Shown: positions 51,822-63,395, counted from the first letter of the stretch. The stretch is DNA of 64,000 bases from an uncultured Stomatobaculum sp. (GCA_937924975.1 CALEYG010000022.1:11-64010); one strand, 5' to 3'. Numbers and translations are program-made. Notes: generated by a model from the sequence alone, not told the origin.

Positions 51822-52896
51822 TGGTTCCTCCTCCGAGCACGATTCCCGCCTCCGTATAGAGCACAACGGCCTGTCCCGGCGTCACGGCGCGCTGCGGTGT
51901 CGGGAACATGACCTGTATCTTCCCGTCCGGTAGCACAAGGACCTCGCAGTCTGCACCGCCGTGGTTATAGCGTATCTTTGCGCGACAGCGAAGCTTTGTC
52001 CCGATCTCCGGCTGCGAAACAGCCATCCAGTTCACATCATCCGCGAGAAGCTTTGACGCAAAGACCTCTTTACCCGTACCGAGCACGACTTCATTGGTTT
52101 CGGGGCGAAGCGCGGTCACATAGCGAGGCTCACCGAAGGCTATCCCGAGCCCCTTCCGCTGCCCGACCGTATAGTGGGTAATGCCTCTGTGCTGTCCGAG
52201 CACCTGCCCCGCCGTGTCCACAAAACTGCCCGGCGCACTCGGCTCTCCCGTACTCTCGTCGATAAAGCGCGCGTAGTCGCCGTCCGGCACGAAGCAGATT
52301 TCCTGGCTGTCGGGTTTCGCGGCGACCGGAAGCCCGGCTGCCGCCGCAATCGCGCGAACCTCCGGCTTCTCATACGCCCCGATCGGCATCAGGGTGTGCG
52401 AGAGCTGCCGCTGGGTCAGATTGTAGAGCGCATAGGTCTGATCCTTTGCGGCGGTCTTCGAGAGACCGAGCGCATAGCGCCCGTTCTCGAGGCAAAGAAC
52501 CTGCGCATAGTGGCCGGTCGCGATATAATCCGCGCCGAGCAGGAGACTCCGCTGCAGCAGCGCCTCCCACTTCACAAAGCGGTTGCAGGCGATACAGGGA
52601 TTCGGGGTGCGCCCCAGGCGGTACTCCCGCACAAAGTAATCAATGACATCGCGCTTGAATTCCGCGCGAAAGTTCATCACATAGTAGGGAATGTCCAGCA
52701 CCTCGGCGACGCGGCGCGCGTCCTCCACGGCGGAAATGCCGCAACAGCCGCCCTTCTTCTCGACCTCGCACTTTGTCTCGCTCTGCCAGATCTGCATGGT
52801 CACGCCGATCACCTCATAGCCCTGCTCCTTCAGGAGATAGGCCGCAACCGAGCTGTCCACGCCGCCGGACATCCCGACGACTACCTTCTTTCCCAT
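51811..52896 (-). CDS. mnmA: tRNA 2-thiouridine(34) synthase
   Basis: PP-loop 'VVGMSGGVDSSVAAYLL'. I chose ATG 52896 (361 aa); the Arg-rich 156-aa extension in the ORF track overlaps the upstream gene. Confidence 0.9.
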   Translation of the reverse strand: MGKKVVVGMSGGVDSSVAAYLLKEQGYEVIGVTMQIWQSETKCEVEKKGGCCGISAVEDARRVAEVLDIPYYVMNFRAEFKRDVIDYFVREYRLGRTPNPCIACNRFVKWEALLQRSLLLGADYIATGHYAQVLCLENGRYALGLSKTAAKDQTYALYNLTQRQLSHTLMPIGAYEKPEVRAIAAAAGLPVAAKPDSQEICFVPDGDYARFIDESTGEPSAPGSFVDTAGQVLGQHRGITHYTVGQRKGLGIAFGEPRYVTALRPETNEVVLGTGKEVFASKLLADDVNWMAVSQPEIGTKLRCRAKIRYNHGGADCEVLVLPDGKIQVMFPTPQRAVTPGQAVVLYTEAGIVLGGGTIER

Positions 52897-52915
52897 CCTG
52901 TACTTCCTCTCTGTC

Positions 52916-54001
52916 TCAGAAACTCCAGCCGTCGCTCGGCGTGATGTCGTCTCGCGACGACGGTTCCGCCGTATGATCCGCGGCTTTCTCCTCGCCCGCG
53001 CTCTCATCCGGCGCTGTATCTTTGTCTCCGCTGTCGTTTGCTTCCGTCTCTGCTTCCGTCGCAGTCTGTGCTTCTGTCTCGGTCTGCACTTCGATCTCAC
53101 GCTCTGCGCTGTCCGCTGCCTCGTCCTCGCCGCTCGGCTTCTCTTCCGGCGCGGGTTCCGGTGTGAGCGCGCGAATACTTGTGTCGCCCGTATGCGGTGC
53201 GCGGTCGTCTCCGGTGTTCCGCGCATTTCCCGCCGCTCGCATACACTGCGCGGCGCGCGCCACGATAAAGAGGTCCAGGACAACCGCCGGATACATGGTG
53301 AGATCCGTGTCAAAGCCAAGCAGCGCAAGCAGCGCGACAATGAGCGTGGACATGGTCCGCGCATAGCCGGTCAGGCGATAGGTGCTGCCGAAATCGGTAT
53401 AGACGCCGACAAAGCGCAGAAGCAGCGCCGCGAGCACGGCTTCCACGAGATTCAGCAGGAAAAAGCCGATCAGGAGACCGGCGTAGACAATCACGCCCGC
53501 GATGACGAGCCCCCATTTGACATAGCCGGTGAGGGAGAGCAGCGTTTCTTTGCTGATGCCGTCCTGAAAATCCTGAAACCGAATGGTCCGCAGGTCTGCG
53601 GCAATGCCGCTGCTGTCGTTTTTCATGACGAGCTGATCCGCGTCGCCGAGAAGCACGACCGACTTCAACGCCATCAGCGTGCGGGTCTCCTGTGCATTTA
53701 AATCAATCTTGTGGCTCGCATCCGTATTGATGTCCACATAGTAGTCCGCCCCCTCCCGGTGATAGCCACCCGGCACCGAGAGCTTGCCGCTTTGAATCGT
53801 GAATTCGGGGATATTGGCCTCAAAGAAATGGCGCACACCGCCCTGCCGCTGCCAGAACATGCCGAGCGGCAGCACAAAGCCCGTGAGCCAGGTCAGCAGG
53901 CAGAGAAAGGCGCAGTAGGCGAAAAAACGGCCCGTCCGCCGCCGCATGAGCTGCCGATAGTCTTTTAAGCGAAACAAGGCACTCCGAAAGTCTTTAAACA
54001 T
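52916..54001 (-). CDS. DUF1189-like polytopic membrane protein with an acidic C-terminal tail
   Basis: ATG 54001 ('[18 protein letters not shown]...IPEFTIQSGKLSV'), a pattern I recall for DUF1189. Five or more TM segments. The ~90-aa E/T/A-rich tail ends in 'SDGWSF'. Confidence 0.6.
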   Translation of the reverse strand: MFKDFRSALFRLKDYRQLMRRRTGRFFAYCAFLCLLTWLTGFVLPLGMFWQRQGGVRHFFEANIPEFTIQSGKLSVPGGYHREGADYYVDINTDASHKIDLNAQETRTLMALKSVVLLGDADQLVMKNDSSGIAADLRTIRFQDFQDGISKETLLSLTGYVKWGLVIAGVIVYAGLLIGFFLLNLVEAVLAALLLRFVGVYTDFGSTYRLTGYARTMSTLIVALLALLGFDTDLTMYPAVVLDLFIVARAAQCMRAAGNARNTGDDRAPHTGDTSIRALTPEPAPEEKPSGEDEAADSAEREIEVQTETEAQTATEAETEANDSGDKDTAPDESAGEEKAADHTAEPSSRDDITPSDGWSF

Positions 54002-55154
54002 TTTGTTCCTCCTGTAAGCCTTTGACGCAGTTCGTGACGATCTGTGCGGCTTTCCGCACTTCCTCCTCCGTATTCTCCGCACCGAAGCTGAAGCGGAGCG
54101 AGGAGCGCGCCTCTTGTTCGCTTCGCCTCATCGCGAGGAGCACATGAGAGGGCTCGAGCGCACCGGAAGCGCAGGCCGCGCCCGCGCTCGCCGCAATGCC
54201 CGCCCGATCGAGAAGAATCAGCAAAAGTTCCGCCGAGACACCGGGAAAACAGAGATTTAGGTGTCCGGGAAGCCGCGCGGTCTCGCTGCCGTTTCGGTAT
54301 ACGGTGGGAAGCTCTTCCCGCAGCAGGCGGAAAAACAGCTCCGTGAGCGCCCGCTTCTTTTCTCCGCCCTCCGCCAGCTCTGCGAAAGCGACCTTCGCCG
54401 CCGCTGCCATCCCGACGATTCCGGCGACATTTTCGGTTCCGGCGCGCCGCCCTCTCTCCTGCGAACCGCCGTGTAAAAACGCGCCGACAGCCAGTCCGCG
54501 GCGTATATAGAGAAAGCCGACGCCCTTCGGCCCGCCGAACTTATGGGCGCTCACCGAAAAGAGATCCGGCAGTTCTTCGCCGAGTAAGCTCTTAAGCGGC
54601 AGCTGGCCGTAAACCTGTACGAGGTCGCTGTGCAGCGGAATGTTCCGCTCTCTGCAGCGCGCGAGCAGTTCACCGAGCGGCTGCAAGGCTCCGGTCTCGT
54701 TGTTTGCCCCCATACAGGAGACGAGCACCGGTCTCTTTGCCAACAGGGCGTCGAGCCCCGAAAGTTCCGCGACGCCGTCTCCGGTGACCGGGAGCAACGC
54801 ATAGTCGAGAATTCCCGTCTCTCTGCCGTAGCGCAGGGTCTCGAGTACCGCATGGTGCTCAATCGCCGTGCTGACGAGAAAAGGCGCTTCGCCGCGCGCC
54901 CGCGCCGCTTCCGCCGTCGCAAGCAGCGCCCAGTTATCCGCCTCCGTGCCGCCGGAGGTGAAGTAGAGCTCTTCCGGCAGGCAGGCGAGGGTCTCCGCAA
55001 GCTCCCGTCTCGCCCGGCTGACCGCCTGCCGCGCTTTTCTGCCGCTCTCATAGAGCGCCGAGGGGTTTCCGCACTGCGCCGTCAGGTACGGAAGCATGGC
55101 CTCGAGCGCTGCCGGGCGGAGCGCCACAGTCGCCGCGTGATCGAAATAAATCAC
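53994..55154 (-). CDS. Cysteine desulfurase (class V aminotransferase, NifS/IscS-like)
   Basis: PLP lysine '[14 protein letters not shown]' and active-site Cys region 'SAGAACASG'. Confidence 0.85.
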   Translation of the reverse strand: MIYFDHAATVALRPAALEAMLPYLTAQCGNPSALYESGRKARQAVSRARRELAETLACLPEELYFTSGGTEADNWALLATAEAARARGEAPFLVSTAIEHHAVLETLRYGRETGILDYALLPVTGDGVAELSGLDALLAKRPVLVSCMGANNETGALQPLGELLARCRERNIPLHSDLVQVYGQLPLKSLLGEELPDLFSVSAHKFGGPKGVGFLYIRRGLAVGAFLHGGSQERGRRAGTENVAGIVGMAAAAKVAFAELAEGGEKKRALTELFFRLLREELPTVYRNGSETARLPGHLNLCFPGVSAELLLILLDRAGIAASAGAACASGALEPSHVLLAMRRSEQEARSSLRFSFGAENTEEEVRKAAQIVTNCVKGLQEEQNV

Positions 55155-56074
55155 GACTGCTGTCCCTCTTCGAGCAGATAGGGCGTCACCTGATACACAT
55201 AATAGTTCAGCCAGTTCGTGTAGAGCGTATTTGCCATGTTCCGCCAGGTGAGCAGGGGCCGGCCACTCGGGTCATCGTTCTCATAGTAGTGAAGCGGGAG
55301 CTTCGGCTCCATGCCCCGCGCCTTGTCGCGCCGGTATTCGCTGTCCAAGGTCATGCGGTCGTACTCCGGATGCCCCTGCACAAAAATCTGCCGCCCGGTC
55401 TCGTCCATGATGAGGAGCACACCCGCCTCGTCCGACTCGGCCAGAATCTCGAGCTCGGGGTGCTTTACAATGTCCTCGCGCCGCACCTCGGTCCAGCGGG
55501 AGTGCGGGCAGTTCATATAGTCATCCATGCTCCTGACCAGCGGCACCGAGTGGTGCAGCACCTTGTGGCAGTAGACACCGGAGAGCTTCTCTTTCCGCGG
55601 GTACTTCTGAATCCCGTAGTGATAGTAGAGCCCCGCCTGCGCGCCCCAACAGATATGGAAGGTCGAGGTCACATGGGTCTTTGACCACTCCATGATGCCG
55701 CAGAGCTCCGCCCAGTAGCTCACTTCCTCGTAGGGCAGGTTCTCGACCGGCGCCCCCGTAATGATGAGACCGTCGAAATGACGGTGCTTCACCTCCTCGA
55801 AAAAGACATAAAAATTCGAGATATGGCTCTTACTTGTGTGTGTCGCCTCGTGGGAACTCGTCATCAAAAAGGTGCAGTCCACCTGGAGCGGCGTATTCGA
55901 GAGCGCGCGGAGCAGCTGGAGCTCCGTGTCCTCTTTGAGCGGCATCAGGTTCAGAATCAGGATCTGCAGCGGGCGAATGTCCTGCGACACCGCGCGTTTT
56001 TCGTCCATCACGAAGATGTTCTCCTGTTCCAAAATCGCCTTTGCCGGCAAATCGTTCTGTATGCGTATGGGCAT
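55151..56074 (-). CDS. metA: Homoserine O-acyltransferase (MetA family)
   Basis: '[11 protein letters not shown]...[16 protein letters not shown]' and '[14 protein letters not shown]'. Confidence 0.9.
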   Translation of the reverse strand: MPIRIQNDLPAKAILEQENIFVMDEKRAVSQDIRPLQILILNLMPLKEDTELQLLRALSNTPLQVDCTFLMTSSHEATHTSKSHISNFYVFFEEVKHRHFDGLIITGAPVENLPYEEVSYWAELCGIMEWSKTHVTSTFHICWGAQAGLYYHYGIQKYPRKEKLSGVYCHKVLHHSVPLVRSMDDYMNCPHSRWTEVRREDIVKHPELEILAESDEAGVLLIMDETGRQIFVQGHPEYDRMTLDSEYRRDKARGMEPKLPLHYYENDDPSGRPLLTWRNMANTLYTNWLNYYVYQVTPYLLEEGQQS

Positions 56075-56125
56075 TGCCGCACCTCCTGTTCATTGCTTTG
56101 ATTCAGCGGCCTTGCCGCTGTCTGC

Positions 56126-58090
56126 TCACGACTCCGCCGCGAGAAATTCCGCCTCGCTCAGAATCGGAATGCCAAGCTCGTGCGCCTTCTTGTTCTTGCC
56201 GGAAGTCGAGTGAATGTCGTTGTTGATAAGCGCCGTGGTCTTTGCGGAAACCTCGCCCGCGACCTTGCCGCCGCGCGCCGTGATATAGTCTTTGAGCGCC
56301 GTCCGGTTTGGAAAATTCACGAGACTGCCCGTGATCACATAGGTCTGTCCCGCATAGCGCTGCGCCTCCGCGCCCGCGCTCGCCTCGGGTTCCAGCGTCA
56401 CCTCTTGCAGAAGTTCGTCGATAATCTCCCGCTCCTTCGGGTCCCGGAAAAAAGTCACAATATCCGCCGCCATCACCGCGCCGATGCCGTCAATGCCGGT
56501 CAGCGTCTCGACATCGGCCGAGAGCAGCGCCTGTATATCGCCCTGAAACGCCTTCGCAAGCACCTTGGCATTCTGCACGCCGACGCCCGGAATCCCGAGC
56601 CCGTAGACAAAGCGGGACAGGGGCAAGTGCCGCGCCTTCTCGGCCGCCTCGATCAGTTTTGCCGCCGAAGTCTCGCCGAAGCCTTTCATCGCCGCAATCG
56701 CGGCCTCCGCGCGCTTTAAGTGAAAGAGATCCGCGTAGCGGTGGATGAAGCCCTCCTGAATCAGTTTCTCGAGCGTGGTCTCCGAGAGCCCGTCGATATG
56801 AAAGGCGTCGCGGCTCGTCATCAGCGCAAAGCGCTTCACGCGCTTAATCGCGCAGTCCGGATTCACACAGTAGAGGGTCTCGGCGTCATTTTCCTTGCGG
56901 CGTTCCGTCGCCGTGCCGCAGACCGGGCAGTGCGCGGGCGGCTCTGCCGTGTCGCTCTTTGTTAAATTTTCCGCAATCTGCGGGATAATCATATTCGCCT
57001 TGTAGACCAGGATGTGGTCGCCGAGGCCCAGTTTCAGACTGCGCAGCACACTCACATTGTGGACGCTCGCGCGCCGCACTTCGGTGCCCTCAAGATCCAC
57101 CGGGTCAAAGATCGCAACCGGGTTAATGAGCCCCGTCCGCGAGGGACTCCACTCGATTTCGCGGAGCACCGTCTCCGCCTGCTCATCCTGCCACTTGAAC
57201 GCAATCGCATTCCGCGGGAACTTTGCCGTTCTGCCGAGCGAGTCGCCGTAGGCAATGTCGTCGAGCAAGAGCACCAGTCCGTCCGACGGAAAGTCGTTCT
57301 CCGGAATCTTCGCCTCAAAGCGCGCCACGGCCTCCCGGAGCGTGTCGGACGTCACTGCCTCAAATTCGACGACCTCGAATCCCTGATCCCGGAGCCACGC
57401 AAACTGCGCGGCGCGTGAATTGTTGAAATCGACCCCCTCCGCCTCCACCAGGGAGAAAGCATGGAAGTAGACGCCGCGTGCGGCCGTCACTGCGGGGTCC
57501 AGCTGGCGCACCGTGCCCGTGCAGAGATTGCGCGGGTTCTTGTACTTGGCATCGGTGTCCGGCAATTCGCGGTTAATCCGGTCGAAGTCCGAATAGCACA
57601 TCAGCGCCTCGCCGCGGAGCAGGAGATCCCCCCGATAGGGAATGCGGAGCGGCACATTGCGGAACGCGCGCACATTGTTGGTCACGAGTTCGCCGATGTA
57701 GCCGTTGCCGCGCGTCACCGCCTGGTAGAGTTCGCCGTTCCGGTAGCGGAGCACAATCGTGAGGCCGTCCATCTTCCAGGAGAGCAGGGCCTTCTCTGCA
57801 CCGAGCCAGGCAATCAGCTCGTCCACGCTCTTTGTCTTATCGAGAGAGAGCATCGGCTTTTCGTGCGTGATTTTCGGGAGCGACGAGACCACCTCATAGC
57901 CGACACGCTGCGTCGGCGAGCCCGAGAGCACAATCCCGCTCTCCTCTTCGAGGCGCTTCAATTCGTCATAGGCGCGGTCGTACTCGAAGTTACTCATGAG
58001 CTCGCGGCTCTCCTGATAGTAGGCGCGCGCCGCGGGGAGCAAGCGATCGATTAACGCCTGCATCTCTTCTCTTACTTTTCTCTCTTCCAT
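56126..58090 (-). CDS. ligA: NAD-dependent DNA ligase
   Basis: Adenylation motif 'WKMDGLTIVLRY', Zn finger 'CPVCGT...CVNPDC', HhH repeats and a C-terminal BRCT domain. Confidence 0.95.
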   Translation of the reverse strand: MEERKVREEMQALIDRLLPAARAYYQESRELMSNFEYDRAYDELKRLEEESGIVLSGSPTQRVGYEVVSSLPKITHEKPMLSLDKTKSVDELIAWLGAEKALLSWKMDGLTIVLRYRNGELYQAVTRGNGYIGELVTNNVRAFRNVPLRIPYRGDLLLRGEALMCYSDFDRINRELPDTDAKYKNPRNLCTGTVRQLDPAVTAARGVYFHAFSLVEAEGVDFNNSRAAQFAWLRDQGFEVVEFEAVTSDTLREAVARFEAKIPENDFPSDGLVLLLDDIAYGDSLGRTAKFPRNAIAFKWQDEQAETVLREIEWSPSRTGLINPVAIFDPVDLEGTEVRRASVHNVSVLRSLKLGLGDHILVYKANMIIPQIAENLTKSDTAEPPAHCPVCGTATERRKENDAETLYCVNPDCAIKRVKRFALMTSRDAFHIDGLSETTLEKLIQEGFIHRYADLFHLKRAEAAIAAMKGFGETSAAKLIEAAEKARHLPLSRFVYGLGIPGVGVQNAKVLAKAFQGDIQALLSADVETLTGIDGIGAVMAADIVTFFRDPKEREIIDELLQEVTLEPEASAGAEAQRYAGQTYVITGSLVNFPNRTALKDYITARGGKVAGEVSAKTTALINNDIHSTSGKNKKAHELGIPILSEAEFLAAES

Positions 58091-58923
58091 GCCCCGCCCT
58101 CTCTTTCTCTGCGCTGAAAGTACGCCTTTTGCCGCGCCGCATAATTCTTCTTTCGCCGCGCTTCCGTGCGGGCTGTTTTCGCGCTCCTGCCGGGGAGTGC
58201 CTTCGGCTTCTCTTCGAGCAGGGACAATAAGGTCTTCTGCTCAGCCGCCGTCACATTCCGGAACGCGCCGCTGTGGAGATTGCGGAGGGTGATATTCATG
58301 ATTCGGATGCGCTTTAAGCTGATTACATGATAGCCGCAGGCCTCGCACATGCGGCGAATCTGCCGGTTTAAGCCCTGCGTCAGAACAATCGAAAAACTCG
58401 TCTTGTCGCGCGCCTCTGCCTTGCAGGGCAGCGTAGTGACCTGCAGTTCCTCGAGGTGTACGCCGCGCCTTAGTTTCTCCAGAAAAGCCGGCGTCAGCGC
58501 CTTGTCGACCCGGACAATGTACTCCTTCTCGTGGCCGTTTTCGCAGCGGAGAATCTGATTCACGAGTTCGCCCTGGTTCGTGAGAAGCAAAAGTCCCTCC
58601 GAGTCCTTGTCGAGCCGCCCGATCGGATAAACACGCTCCGGGTAGTCGATTAACTCCACAATATTCGGCGCGCGGTCGTTGTCCGTCGTCGTGCAGACCA
58701 CGCCAACCGGCTTATTGACCGCAAGCAGAACCTTCTTTTTGGACGCCAGTTCCTCGACCGCGCCGACCCGCCTGCCGTTCACCTTCACTTCCATGCCGGC
58801 AGAGACCAGCGTCCCGAGTTCCGCCGTTTCTCCCGCGACCGTCACCTTGCCCGCCGCAATGAGCCGGTCGGCCTCCCGGCGCGAGCAGACACCCGCCGCA
58901 CTCAAGAATTTGTTGATGCGCAT
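58072..58923 (-). CDS. rRNA pseudouridine synthase (RsuA/RluB family) with S4 domain and basic tail
   Basis: 'MRINKFLSAAGVCSRREADRLI' (S4) and the catalytic 'GRLDKDSEGLLLLT'. I chose ATG 58923. 19-nt overlap with the ligA start. Confidence 0.85.
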   Translation of the reverse strand: MRINKFLSAAGVCSRREADRLIAAGKVTVAGETAELGTLVSAGMEVKVNGRRVGAVEELASKKKVLLAVNKPVGVVCTTTDNDRAPNIVELIDYPERVYPIGRLDKDSEGLLLLTNQGELVNQILRCENGHEKEYIVRVDKALTPAFLEKLRRGVHLEELQVTTLPCKAEARDKTSFSIVLTQGLNRQIRRMCEACGYHVISLKRIRIMNITLRNLHSGAFRNVTAAEQKTLLSLLEEKPKALPGRSAKTARTEARRKKNYAARQKAYFQRREREGGAWKREK

Positions 58924-59098
58924 TCCCTCGCTCTGATTCACTGTTCTCCCCCTCCGGCGCTGCTTGGCGCCGCTCTTATGCCGCTGTAACTTACAATTAT
59001 AGGCAAAGCTGTCCCTTCCAGTCAAGTTTGGCCGCCCTGCCGCGCCGGACAGAAAAAGACCGGTGCTCTCGCCCCGGTCCTCTCCCGTTTGTAACATC

Positions 59099-60124
59099 TC
59101 ACACAATCAACATCGCATCCCCGAAGCTAAAAAAGCGGTAGCGCTCCTTCACGGCCTCGCGGTAGGCATTTAAAATCTTCTCTCTCCCGGCGAGCGCGCT
59201 GACCAGCATGACCAGCGTTGACTCGGGGAGGTGGAAATTGGTAATCAGGCAGTCCAGAATGCGGAAGCGGTAGCCCGGGTAAATAAAAATTTTGGTGTAA
59301 CCGCTCTCGGCCCGGAGTGTTCCGTCCTCATTCGCCGCGGATTCGAGCGTACGGCAACTCGTCGTGCCGACACACACAATGCGGCCGCCCGCCGCCTTTG
59401 CGCGGTTCACGGTCTCTGCGGCTTCCTCGCTCACCACATAGAACTCCTCGTGCATGTGGTGTTTCAGAATATCCTGCTCCTTGACCGGACGGAAGGTGCC
59501 GAGTCCCACATGGAGGGTGATGCGGACAATGATAACACCCTTCTCCTCAAGACTCTTTAAGAGAGCCTCGGTAAAATGAAGCCCCGCGGTCGGCGCCGCC
59601 GCACTGCCCTCGTGCGCCGCATAGACCGTCTGATAGCGGTTCTTGTCCTTTAACTGATGGTGGATGTAGGGCGGCAGGGGCATCTGTCCGAGCTCGTCGA
59701 GAATCTCCTCAAAGACCCCCTCGTAGGAGAAGCGCACAAAGCGGTTGCCGTCCTCGGTCTGCCCCACAATTTCGCCGATCAGTTTCCCCTCGCCGAAGCT
59801 GATCTTTGTGCCGATCGGGCACTTTCTGCCGGGCTTCACGAGAGTCTCCCAGGTTCTGTCCTCTTTTCGTGTGAGGAGCAGCACTTCGATCTTCGCGCCG
59901 GTGCCCACTTTCTCGCCGATGAGGCGCGCCGGAATCACCTTCGTGTCGTTTAAGACCAGGCAGTCGCCGGGCTTCAGGTACGCCGCAATGTCCCGGAAAT
60001 GTCTGTGCTCAATCTCGCCGCTCTCCCGGTGCAGCACCATGAGCCGCGAGGAAGCTCTGTCCTCGAGCGGGTCCTGCGCAATCAGTTCCTCCGGCAACTC
60101 GTAGTAAAAATCTTTTAACTCCAT
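59099..60124 (-). CDS. queA: S-adenosylmethionine:tRNA ribosyltransferase-isomerase
   Basis: '[17 protein letters not shown]' and '[15 protein letters not shown]'. Confidence 0.95.
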   Translation of the reverse strand: MELKDFYYELPEELIAQDPLEDRASSRLMVLHRESGEIEHRHFRDIAAYLKPGDCLVLNDTKVIPARLIGEKVGTGAKIEVLLLTRKEDRTWETLVKPGRKCPIGTKISFGEGKLIGEIVGQTEDGNRFVRFSYEGVFEEILDELGQMPLPPYIHHQLKDKNRYQTVYAAHEGSAAAPTAGLHFTEALLKSLEEKGVIIVRITLHVGLGTFRPVKEQDILKHHMHEEFYVVSEEAAETVNRAKAAGGRIVCVGTTSCRTLESAANEDGTLRAESGYTKIFIYPGYRFRILDCLITNFHLPESTLVMLVSALAGREKILNAYREAVKERYRFFSFGDAMLIV

Positions 60125-60957
60125 CAGCCTTCCGTCCCTTCCGAAGCCGCCGGGGTCTCTGTCGCCGCTGTGGTCTCTGCTGCCGTCTCCGCCGCACTCG
60201 TGCCCGGAATTTCGATGACCGCATCGGTCACCGCCTCCGTGCTCTCCTCGGTTGTCTCCTCCGCGGCTGCGGCCGCGCTGCCGCCCGCGCGGAGTTTCTG
60301 GTAGAGTGAGCCGAGTTTTGCGTCGCTCACAATCGCCTTTGCGAGCGCCGTCCGGTAGTCATTGTTCATCTTCTTGACCGCCTCGCTGCCCTCGGCCGCC
60401 TTGATTGCCGCCCGCTCCGCCTCCGACAGTGACTCGTCCGGCTTCATCTGCAGCCCGTCACCGGTGCTCACAATGTAAGCGCGCAGCAGCACGGGTGCCG
60501 GCGTCTGAATCTTTTTGAACCACGCCTGGCTCTCGATGTAGGCGATGTAGCTCCCCGTCTCAACGCCCGGAATCACATAGGTGATTGTGTTCTCGAACGC
60601 GTCGTAGAGCTTCTTCTCCGCCGCCATCTGCTCCTGCAGCGCGGTCGGCAGTTCCTGCCCGCTCATGCCGAAGACGCGGTACAACTCCTCCGCATCGCCC
60701 TGGGAGCGCGCGGTCAGGTAGTCCTGCACAAGCGTGTTGACTGCGTCGTCCGTGCACTTCTCGGGCGCGGCGGCCGCATAATTGTAGCCGCTCTTGCCGG
60801 CCTTTTCCGCTTTCGGCTTTGCCGTCTTTTTGTGATCCAGCGCGAGAATCACGAGAATCAGGATGAGCGCCGCAAGCGGCAGCAGGAGAAAGCGCCCAAA
60901 ACGCTGCAGCGTGAGCTCATCGACCCCAAATATCTTTCTATCCTTTTCGTATCGCAC
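60124..60957 (-). CDS. Hypothetical N-terminally anchored membrane protein with an acidic Thr/Ala/Glu tail
   Basis: TM '[18 protein letters not shown]'. No recognised domain. 1-nt stop/start overlap with queA. Confidence 0.55.
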   Translation of the reverse strand: MRYEKDRKIFGVDELTLQRFGRFLLLPLAALILILVILALDHKKTAKPKAEKAGKSGYNYAAAAPEKCTDDAVNTLVQDYLTARSQGDAEELYRVFGMSGQELPTALQEQMAAEKKLYDAFENTITYVIPGVETGSYIAYIESQAWFKKIQTPAPVLLRAYIVSTGDGLQMKPDESLSEAERAAIKAAEGSEAVKKMNNDYRTALAKAIVSDAKLGSLYQKLRAGGSAAAAAEETTEESTEAVTDAVIEIPGTSAAETAAETTAATETPAASEGTEG

Positions 60958-61164
60958 TCGTTTAACCTCCGTTGTAATTCACCTATTTTACCATGATTCC
61001 AAAACAGACTCCAGTCCGCAATTTTCGGCCGGTCGCTCCCGCGCCGCCCGCCGCTTCGCACCTCCTCTTCCACGAGATTTGCCGCAGAAAAAGTGCTTTG
61101 TGCTTCCTTGTCTTCTTCTCCCGGCATACCGTTCCCGGGAAACCGTACACGGCAAAAATTCGCG

Positions 61165-61196
61165 CAAAAAAAGAGAAGCCCGTTTCGGGGCTTCTC
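61165..61196 (-). terminator. Intrinsic terminator after tRNA-Arg
   Basis: Minus strand GAGAAGCCC-cgaaac-GGGCUUCUC followed by UUUUUUUG. Confidence 0.8.
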
Positions 61197-61203
61197 TCAG
61201 GTC

Positions 61204-61277
61204 TGTGTCTGGCGGGATTCGAACCCGCGACCTTCAGAGTCGGAGTCTGACGCGCTATCCAGCTGCGCTACAAACAC
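61204..61277 (-). tRNA. tRNA-Arg (anticodon CCG)
   Basis: Hand-folded. Acceptor GUGUUUG/CAGACAC, D-arm GCGC-AGCUGGAUA-GCGC, anticodon arm UCAGA-CUCCGAC-UCUGA and T-arm GCGGG-UUCGAAU-CCCGC. 74 nt. Confidence 0.9.
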
Positions 61278-61328
61278 AAAATACCTTACTACTATACCTT
61301 GTTTTGCGCCGGAGAGCAAGGCCATCTT

Positions 61329-63395
61329 TTATTCCCGCTTGTTCCGCTTGTGCTCCGCCGGTTTCTCGTAGCGCACCGCGACGGCGCGCTGCACTTCCGC
61401 CGCCTTCTCGCGGCTCTCGGGGTCGCTGCGGAGGCGCAGCACCTCTCCCATGCGGTCGCGGAGTCTCGCTGCCTCCTCGAAGTTGAGTTCGGCCGCGGCC
61501 TGACGCATCTTCTTCTCAAGTTCCTTCGAGAGGCGGCGAAGCTCTGCATCGCTCATCGACTCCGGGTCCTTGTCCCATTGCTTTTGATCCGCAATGACCG
61601 CCTTGGTCAGCATAATCACATCGCGAACCGCCTTTTTGATTGTGGTCGGCGTAATGCCGTGCGCCTTGTTGTAGGCCTCCTGCACCGTGCGGCGGCGCTC
61701 CGTCTCCGAGATCGCCCGGCGCATCGAGTCTGTCATATTGTCGGCGTACATAATCACACGGCCCTCGGCATTTCGCGCCGCGCGGCCTATGGTCTGCACG
61801 AGCGAGGTCTCCGAGCGGAGGAAGCCCTCCTTGTCGGCGTCAAGAATCGCGACCAGCGAAATCTCCGGGATGTCCAGCCCCTCGCGGAGCAGGTTGATGC
61901 CGACCAGCACATCGAACTCGTCGAGGCGCATCGCGCGGATAATCTGCGCGCGCTCCAGGGTATCGATATCCGAGTGCAGGTAGCGAACGCGGATGCCGAC
62001 CTCGCGGAGATAGGTCGTCAGATCCTCGGCCATGCGCTTGGTGAGCGTCGTGACCAGAATCTTATTCTTCTTCTCGATCTCTTTGTTGATCTCACAGAGC
62101 AAATCGTCAATCTGTCCCTCGACCGGGCGCACCGAAATCTCGGGATCCAGAAGACCGGTCGGACGTATCAGCTGTTCCGCGCGAAGCAGTTCATGCTCCG
62201 CCTCATAGCGGTTCGGCGTCGCCGAGACAAAGAGCATCTGGTTCATACGCTCCTCGAACTCCGCGAAGTTCAGCGGGCGGTTGTCCATGGAACTCGGCAG
62301 ACGGAAGCCGTACTTCACGAGCGTCGACTTTCGCGCAAAGTTGCCGTTGAACATGCCGCCGATCTGCGGAATTGTGATATGGCTCTCGTCGACAATCGTG
62401 AGAAAATCCTTCGGAAAATAGTCAATCAGCGTAAACGGCGGCTCGCCCGGCTTCTGTTCGGTCAGAAAGCGCGTGTAGTTTTCAATGCCGGAGCAAAAAC
62501 CGGTTTCCCGGAGCATCTCGACATCGTAGTGTGTCCGCTCTTCAATGCGCTGCGCCTCGAGGAGCTTGTCCTCGCTCTTTAAGAGCTTCACATAGTCTTC
62601 GCACTCGGCGAGAATTTCCCGCGCCGCCCGCTCGATTTTCTCGCGCGGCACCACATAGTGGTTCGCCGGGTAAATTGAGATGTGCAGCACTTCCGCGAGC
62701 GGATTGCCGGTCAGCACATCCGTCTCGGTGATCTTGTCAATCTCATCGCCGAAGAACTCAATCCGGTAGGCGAGCTTATCCTGATCCGCCGGAAAAATTT
62801 CTATCACATCGCCGCGCACGCGGAAGGTGCCGCGGTGAAAGTCGAGGTCGCTCCGGTTGTACTGAATGTTGATGAGCTCTGCAATGACCTCATCTCTGTC
62901 CTTCTCCTGCCCCGGCCTGAGACTCACCATCATGTTCTTATAGTCCGTCGGACTGCCGAGACCGTAGATGCAGGAGACACTCGCAACCACAATCACATCC
63001 TCCCGCTCGAGGAGCGCGCTCGTCGCCGAATTCCGGAGCCGGTCTATCTCCTCATTGGTCGCGGCGTCCTTCTCGATGTAGGTGTCCGTCTGCGGCACAT
63101 AGGCCTCCGGCTGATAGTAGTCGTAGTAGGAGACAAAGTACTCGACCGCGTTGTTCGGGAAGAACTCCTTCATCTCGCTGTAGAGCTGCGCCGCGAGCGT
63201 CTTGTTGTGGGAGATGATGAGTGTCGGCTTCTGCAGCTCCCGAATCACATTTGCCATCGTAAAGGTCTTGCCCGAGCCCGTCACGCCGACCAGGGTCTCG
63301 AACTGGTTGCCCACGCGAAAACCGTCGACCAGTTCCTGTATGGCCTTCGGCTGATCTCCCATGGGTTGAAACTCGCTGTGCAGTTCAAATTTCAT
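61329..63395 (-). CDS. uvrB: Excinuclease ABC subunit B
   Basis: '[12 protein letters not shown]', '[10 protein letters not shown]' and a C-terminal UVR motif ('[14 protein letters not shown]'). Confidence 0.95.
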   Translation of the reverse strand: MKFELHSEFQPMGDQPKAIQELVDGFRVGNQFETLVGVTGSGKTFTMANVIRELQKPTLIISHNKTLAAQLYSEMKEFFPNNAVEYFVSYYDYYQPEAYVPQTDTYIEKDAATNEEIDRLRNSATSALLEREDVIVVASVSCIYGLGSPTDYKNMMVSLRPGQEKDRDEVIAELINIQYNRSDLDFHRGTFRVRGDVIEIFPADQDKLAYRIEFFGDEIDKITETDVLTGNPLAEVLHISIYPANHYVVPREKIERAAREILAECEDYVKLLKSEDKLLEAQRIEERTHYDVEMLRETGFCSGIENYTRFLTEQKPGEPPFTLIDYFPKDFLTIVDESHITIPQIGGMFNGNFARKSTLVKYGFRLPSSMDNRPLNFAEFEERMNQMLFVSATPNRYEAEHELLRAEQLIRPTGLLDPEISVRPVEGQIDDLLCEINKEIEKKNKILVTTLTKRMAEDLTTYLREVGIRVRYLHSDIDTLERAQIIRAMRLDEFDVLVGINLLREGLDIPEISLVAILDADKEGFLRSETSLVQTIGRAARNAEGRVIMYADNMTDSMRRAISETERRRTVQEAYNKAHGITPTTIKKAVRDVIMLTKAVIADQKQWDKDPESMSDAELRRLSKELEKKMRQAAAELNFEEAARLRDRMGEVLRLRSDPESREKAAEVQRAVAVRYEKPAEHKRNKRE

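Noticed and set aside
52897-53364. Arg-rich 156-aa N-terminal extension of the mnmA ORF. Similar extensions occur on the HAD-like gene (9475-9750), paralog A (45905-46114), ppk1 (21731-21826), the pseudouridine synthase (58924-59106), the kinase (32591-32698) and rfbG (3453-3533).
   Set aside because: The extensions overlap the 3' end of the upstream gene and have junk composition. In every case an internal ATG/GTG with a good RBS gives the canonical family N-terminus directly after the upstream stop.
56075-56125. Looked for a SAM riboswitch or T-box leader upstream of metA.
   Set aside because: The intergenic space is only 51 nt and has no conserved riboswitch or T-box features. metA is probably read through from ligA or has a minimal promoter.
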